DNA of 64,000 nt from Lingula anatina (Eukaryota > Animalia > Brachiopoda), in the NCBI GenBank assembly GCA_051362555.1, contig CM120643.1, positions 10,416,001-10,480,000 of the forward strand. The letters are read 5' to 3'. A program made the translations under genes and the position numbers. Position 1 is the stretch's first letter; every line of letters begins with the position of its first letter. Below the pieces are notes generated by a model. The model saw only the letters and a program-made list of their open reading frames with translations, ran no database searches and was not told where the DNA came from. Below, one piece after another: positions 61,401 through 64,000 of this stretch.

Positions 61401-64000
61401 ACAGCCGAAGTGATATTAATAAAAACACCCGTTTCTCAAATGTTTGTGACGCTTGATCACTTCGTTATTGACAGGGTAGACTAGACTATGTGCTTATAAG
61501 TGGAAATAACTCAATATTGACCAAAGTTGATCTGTTTTTAATTGCAATATGTACGTTAAGACATATATTGTATGTATTAGCACGCTTAAATGATTCGAGG
61601 TCCCTTTTATTTCTTGGGCTACCTTTCAAAACAATTGTCGTGCGTTTCCGGTTAATGGTAAACACGGTGTCCCACTTTACAAGACGAACACTTTGAACCA
61701 CAGACCGCCGAGAAAAGAAAAACAAGTTGCTAAATACCTACTGCACATTTTCACCAAAACTTGCCGATGCATAAGGTGCAATAAATATGCGTATATTTGT
61801 AAAACTACCAACTGTTCAATATCTTTCACTTACAGATATCAGGTATTTATGGGTGTAGACCGTGTGTGTGTGTGTTTGTGTGTGTGTGTTTGTTTGTTTG
61901 TTTCGGGGGGGGGGGGGGGGGGGGGGGGGGGTAGAGGTTCCTTTTTCCTCTTCTCCCCCAATATTCCTTCACATCCTGGATTCGCCATTGTCCGGCAGTT
62001 CTTTTTCTTCTTTCTTGTGATAACTACGGTATGTTTTTTTAAGGAAACTACCTATAAAAAGTTAAACGGTTTTAAACGTGACTTGATAAAAAGATCGAGA
62101 ATCGTTCGATATCTGAAGTTAGAAAAATCAATAATTTCTAACAATAAATAAAAGAAGTAATCGAAGGCGAACTTGTTTGAAAGCTTTAAATTTCTGGGCG
62201 TCTTTAACCTATTTGATGGTAGTGTTTGTGATTCCATAGTTGTAAAAGTAACTTTGTGCTCGCCTGATATTTCTCTTGTATTGTAGTACTATATTTGGTT
62301 GCTTTTCTTCAAAAGTAAGCCGTAGTCTTTATTTGTGTTTCCCCAACTTTTGTATTGCATTCTAATGCATTCTGTTGCGGTACAAGCAAAATTGAAAGCG
62401 TTTCACAAAACCTAAAGAACATCAGGCGTTCTATTTCCCGCCCCAAACACCTGGTCGTATAATGTTCATAAAGCAAGTTTATTTATATATTTATTTATTA
62501 CCTGACCAAACCTTTGTGATCACGTGATATGGGGTCACGACCCCCGTCACAGCTGCCTTAGGGGTTCTAAAGGAGAGAAAACTAAGCCAATCCGAGTCGA
62601 TAGTGAAAAATAATTGATGATAAATCGAGGCAAAGGTTACAAGTTATAGTTTTTGCACGATGTATATAATGTATACCGTTTCTCTTTATTAGTGTTGTCG
62701 CAAATAGCATATCTTTATTTGGTTTCTATATACGTTTATGTTAAAGGTAAAGTCAATTTAATACAAAGATGAACCAGTTTTACGCTTCAATATTAGGTTA
62801 GACAACCATACTGCTTTTCATTTATTTATAACGACAGACGGACAAACAAATTGTAGAACAAAGAGATACGTCAACGCATATATGCTTTAGTATTTTAACA
62901 GCTGTATTTGACAAGAAGTCTGAAGCAACTTGCCGTGTAAGCTGATATAATAGGAATTTCATTTAAAGAATCGAAAAGATTCACGCTTTTAATCTCAGCA
63001 TTTTTTTTTATTTTTTGGTATGTACACTGTAAAGATAAGGAAGAATATTCTATCATTATAAACAATGCTTTTCGTATGTTAGTCATTTTCGTCCGGGGTG
63101 AATTTCAAATAATTTCTAGTATTTTTGATTTTTCACATTCATCTGCAAAATTCCCATCCATTCACAAATGCTTTTGTGTCAGGATAAATTTCTACTAATC
63201 TCTTTGAAAGTTTTATACAAAATTTATAATCATTCATGACATTAGACAAAACTGGCGTTTATCTAGCATAGAATGTTTTTACATACTGTAAAGTGTGTAC
63301 ATTTTCTTATTTGTGTAGATCAAACATAAGAAGCGAATTATCTTTATATGAAACACAGTTGTGTGGGAATTTTATCTTTAAGTATATTGTTAAAATTAAA
63401 TCGAAATGTTCTGGATGTAATAAATGATTATGCATTCTTCAAAGCCCGCAGCAATTACGGATTCAAAACTCATTGCAAGGAAAAATACTACCTCCTTTTG
63501 CTTTTAAAGTTTGTTTATTGATTTTACTAAAGATATGAAATATAAATCCTTCAGGCCCGTAGCCAGCAATTTCAAAAGGGGGGTTCTTTTTCTGAAGAAG
63601 TGGACCTTTTCCCATAAAAACTTCATGTACCTAGATCACATTTTATCCAGAGTGGACCCCCCGACCCCCCCCCCCCCCCCCCCCCCCCCCCCGGCTACGG
63701 GCCTGTCCTTCCATACCTACATATCGAATTAACATACTATACATGCACTCTTCCAGATTACCGCAACGTACAGAATTGCATATTACTACAGGGACACGAC
63801 AACCGATGATTTCTATTCCCTGTACTTCTGCAACACGACGACCATTGAAACAGGTACATTACTGGGATTCCAGCTTTTTAATCTGAAATGTTCCTCAGGA
63901 GGTTGTGGAGTCGGAAACACAATTGTAGTTGGTGGCAGCGGCGGGTTGCTGTACACGTGCACGGACTATTCGGCGTTCGCCAAAATCTCCACGGGAGAGG
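52428..64000 (+). CDS. Secreted or cell-surface protein resembling the 'SHFRGG' N-terminal domain of Sib/integrin-beta-like proteins; 5' part only
   Basis: Exon 52428-52565 (signal peptide MRSSWNSVTWTCLVLMSLTIGQVDS, then GYYAGAHFSYRP..., donor GTGAGT, phase 0). Exon 63757-64000 after TCTTCCAG is open to the window end: ITATYRIAYYYRDTTTDDFYSLYFCNTTTIETGTLLGFQLFNLKCSSGGCGVGNTIVVGGSGGLLYTCTDYSAFAKISTGE. The pattern FCxxxTIxxGxLLG...LxCxxGC...YxCTDYS...TGE matches my recollection of that family; not verified by search. Confidence 0.7.
54869..55150. mobile_element. Putative MITE with GGGCCGTTTTCACAAAA-type TIRs
   Basis: Left GGGCCGTTTTCACAAAAAGA versus right TCTTTTGTGAAACGGATCCC; the TSD is not clean. 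Confidence 0.6.
56095..56590. repeat. Degenerate tandem repeat (TTGTATCTAAAAGTTATTTCTAG-like core)
   Basis: The core recurs at ~56168, ~56336, ~56486 and ~56557 with irregular spacing. Confidence 0.5.
63552..63705. mobile_element. 154-bp MITE with a perfect 13-bp TIR and 5-bp TSD
   Basis: CAGGCCCGTAGCC...GGCTACGGGCCTG; TCCTT at 63547-63551 and 63706-63710; internal G-run and C-run. Confidence 0.8.

Noticed and set aside
61905-61931. Long G/C homopolymers (also ~19117, ~27063, ~63666) as functional G-quadruplexes
   Set aside because: Scattered, often inside repeat remnants, and their length is unreliable in assemblies.
50801-62151. ORFs over 100 aa at 50801, 51485, 57477, 57753 and 61693
   Set aside because: Low-complexity or homopolymer-driven, no domains, no transposase or reverse-transcriptase motifs; the last three lie in the Sib-like intron.

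Overview
AT-rich, intron-rich animal genomic DNA from an invertebrate (probably marine and lophotrochozoan-like; the taxon cannot be fixed from the sequence). Reading splice sites by hand gives five spliced genes: (1) a CBFA2T/RUNX1T1 (MTG8/ETO, nervy) corepressor on + (4154-14051, long 3'UTR to ~16.85 kb); (2,3) two intact, tandemly duplicated 11-exon M14A procarboxypeptidase genes on - (18689-25894 and 27933-35624); (4) CHMP1A on + (37270-43769), head-to-head with the second carboxypeptidase; (5) the first two coding exons of a secreted protein resembling the 'SHFRGG' Sib/integrin-beta-like family (52428-end of window, 11.2 kb intron). An orphan 87-aa basic ORF with promoter-like context lies at 45933-46196. 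The two carboxypeptidase copies act as each other's empty-site control, which exposes a probable solo LTR, five copy-specific insertions of one TWA-targeting MITE family, a promoter remodelled by stacked insertions and a 91-bp-arm hairpin. The most unusual protein-level features are a Cys-paired, Lys-rich insert in the carboxypeptidase activation linker, Tyr at specificity position 255, and paralog substitutions clustered near the Cys138-Cys161 loops. I found no tRNA, rRNA, CRISPR array or transposase ORF, and no clearly new multi-gene system. All coordinates and alignments were done by eye.
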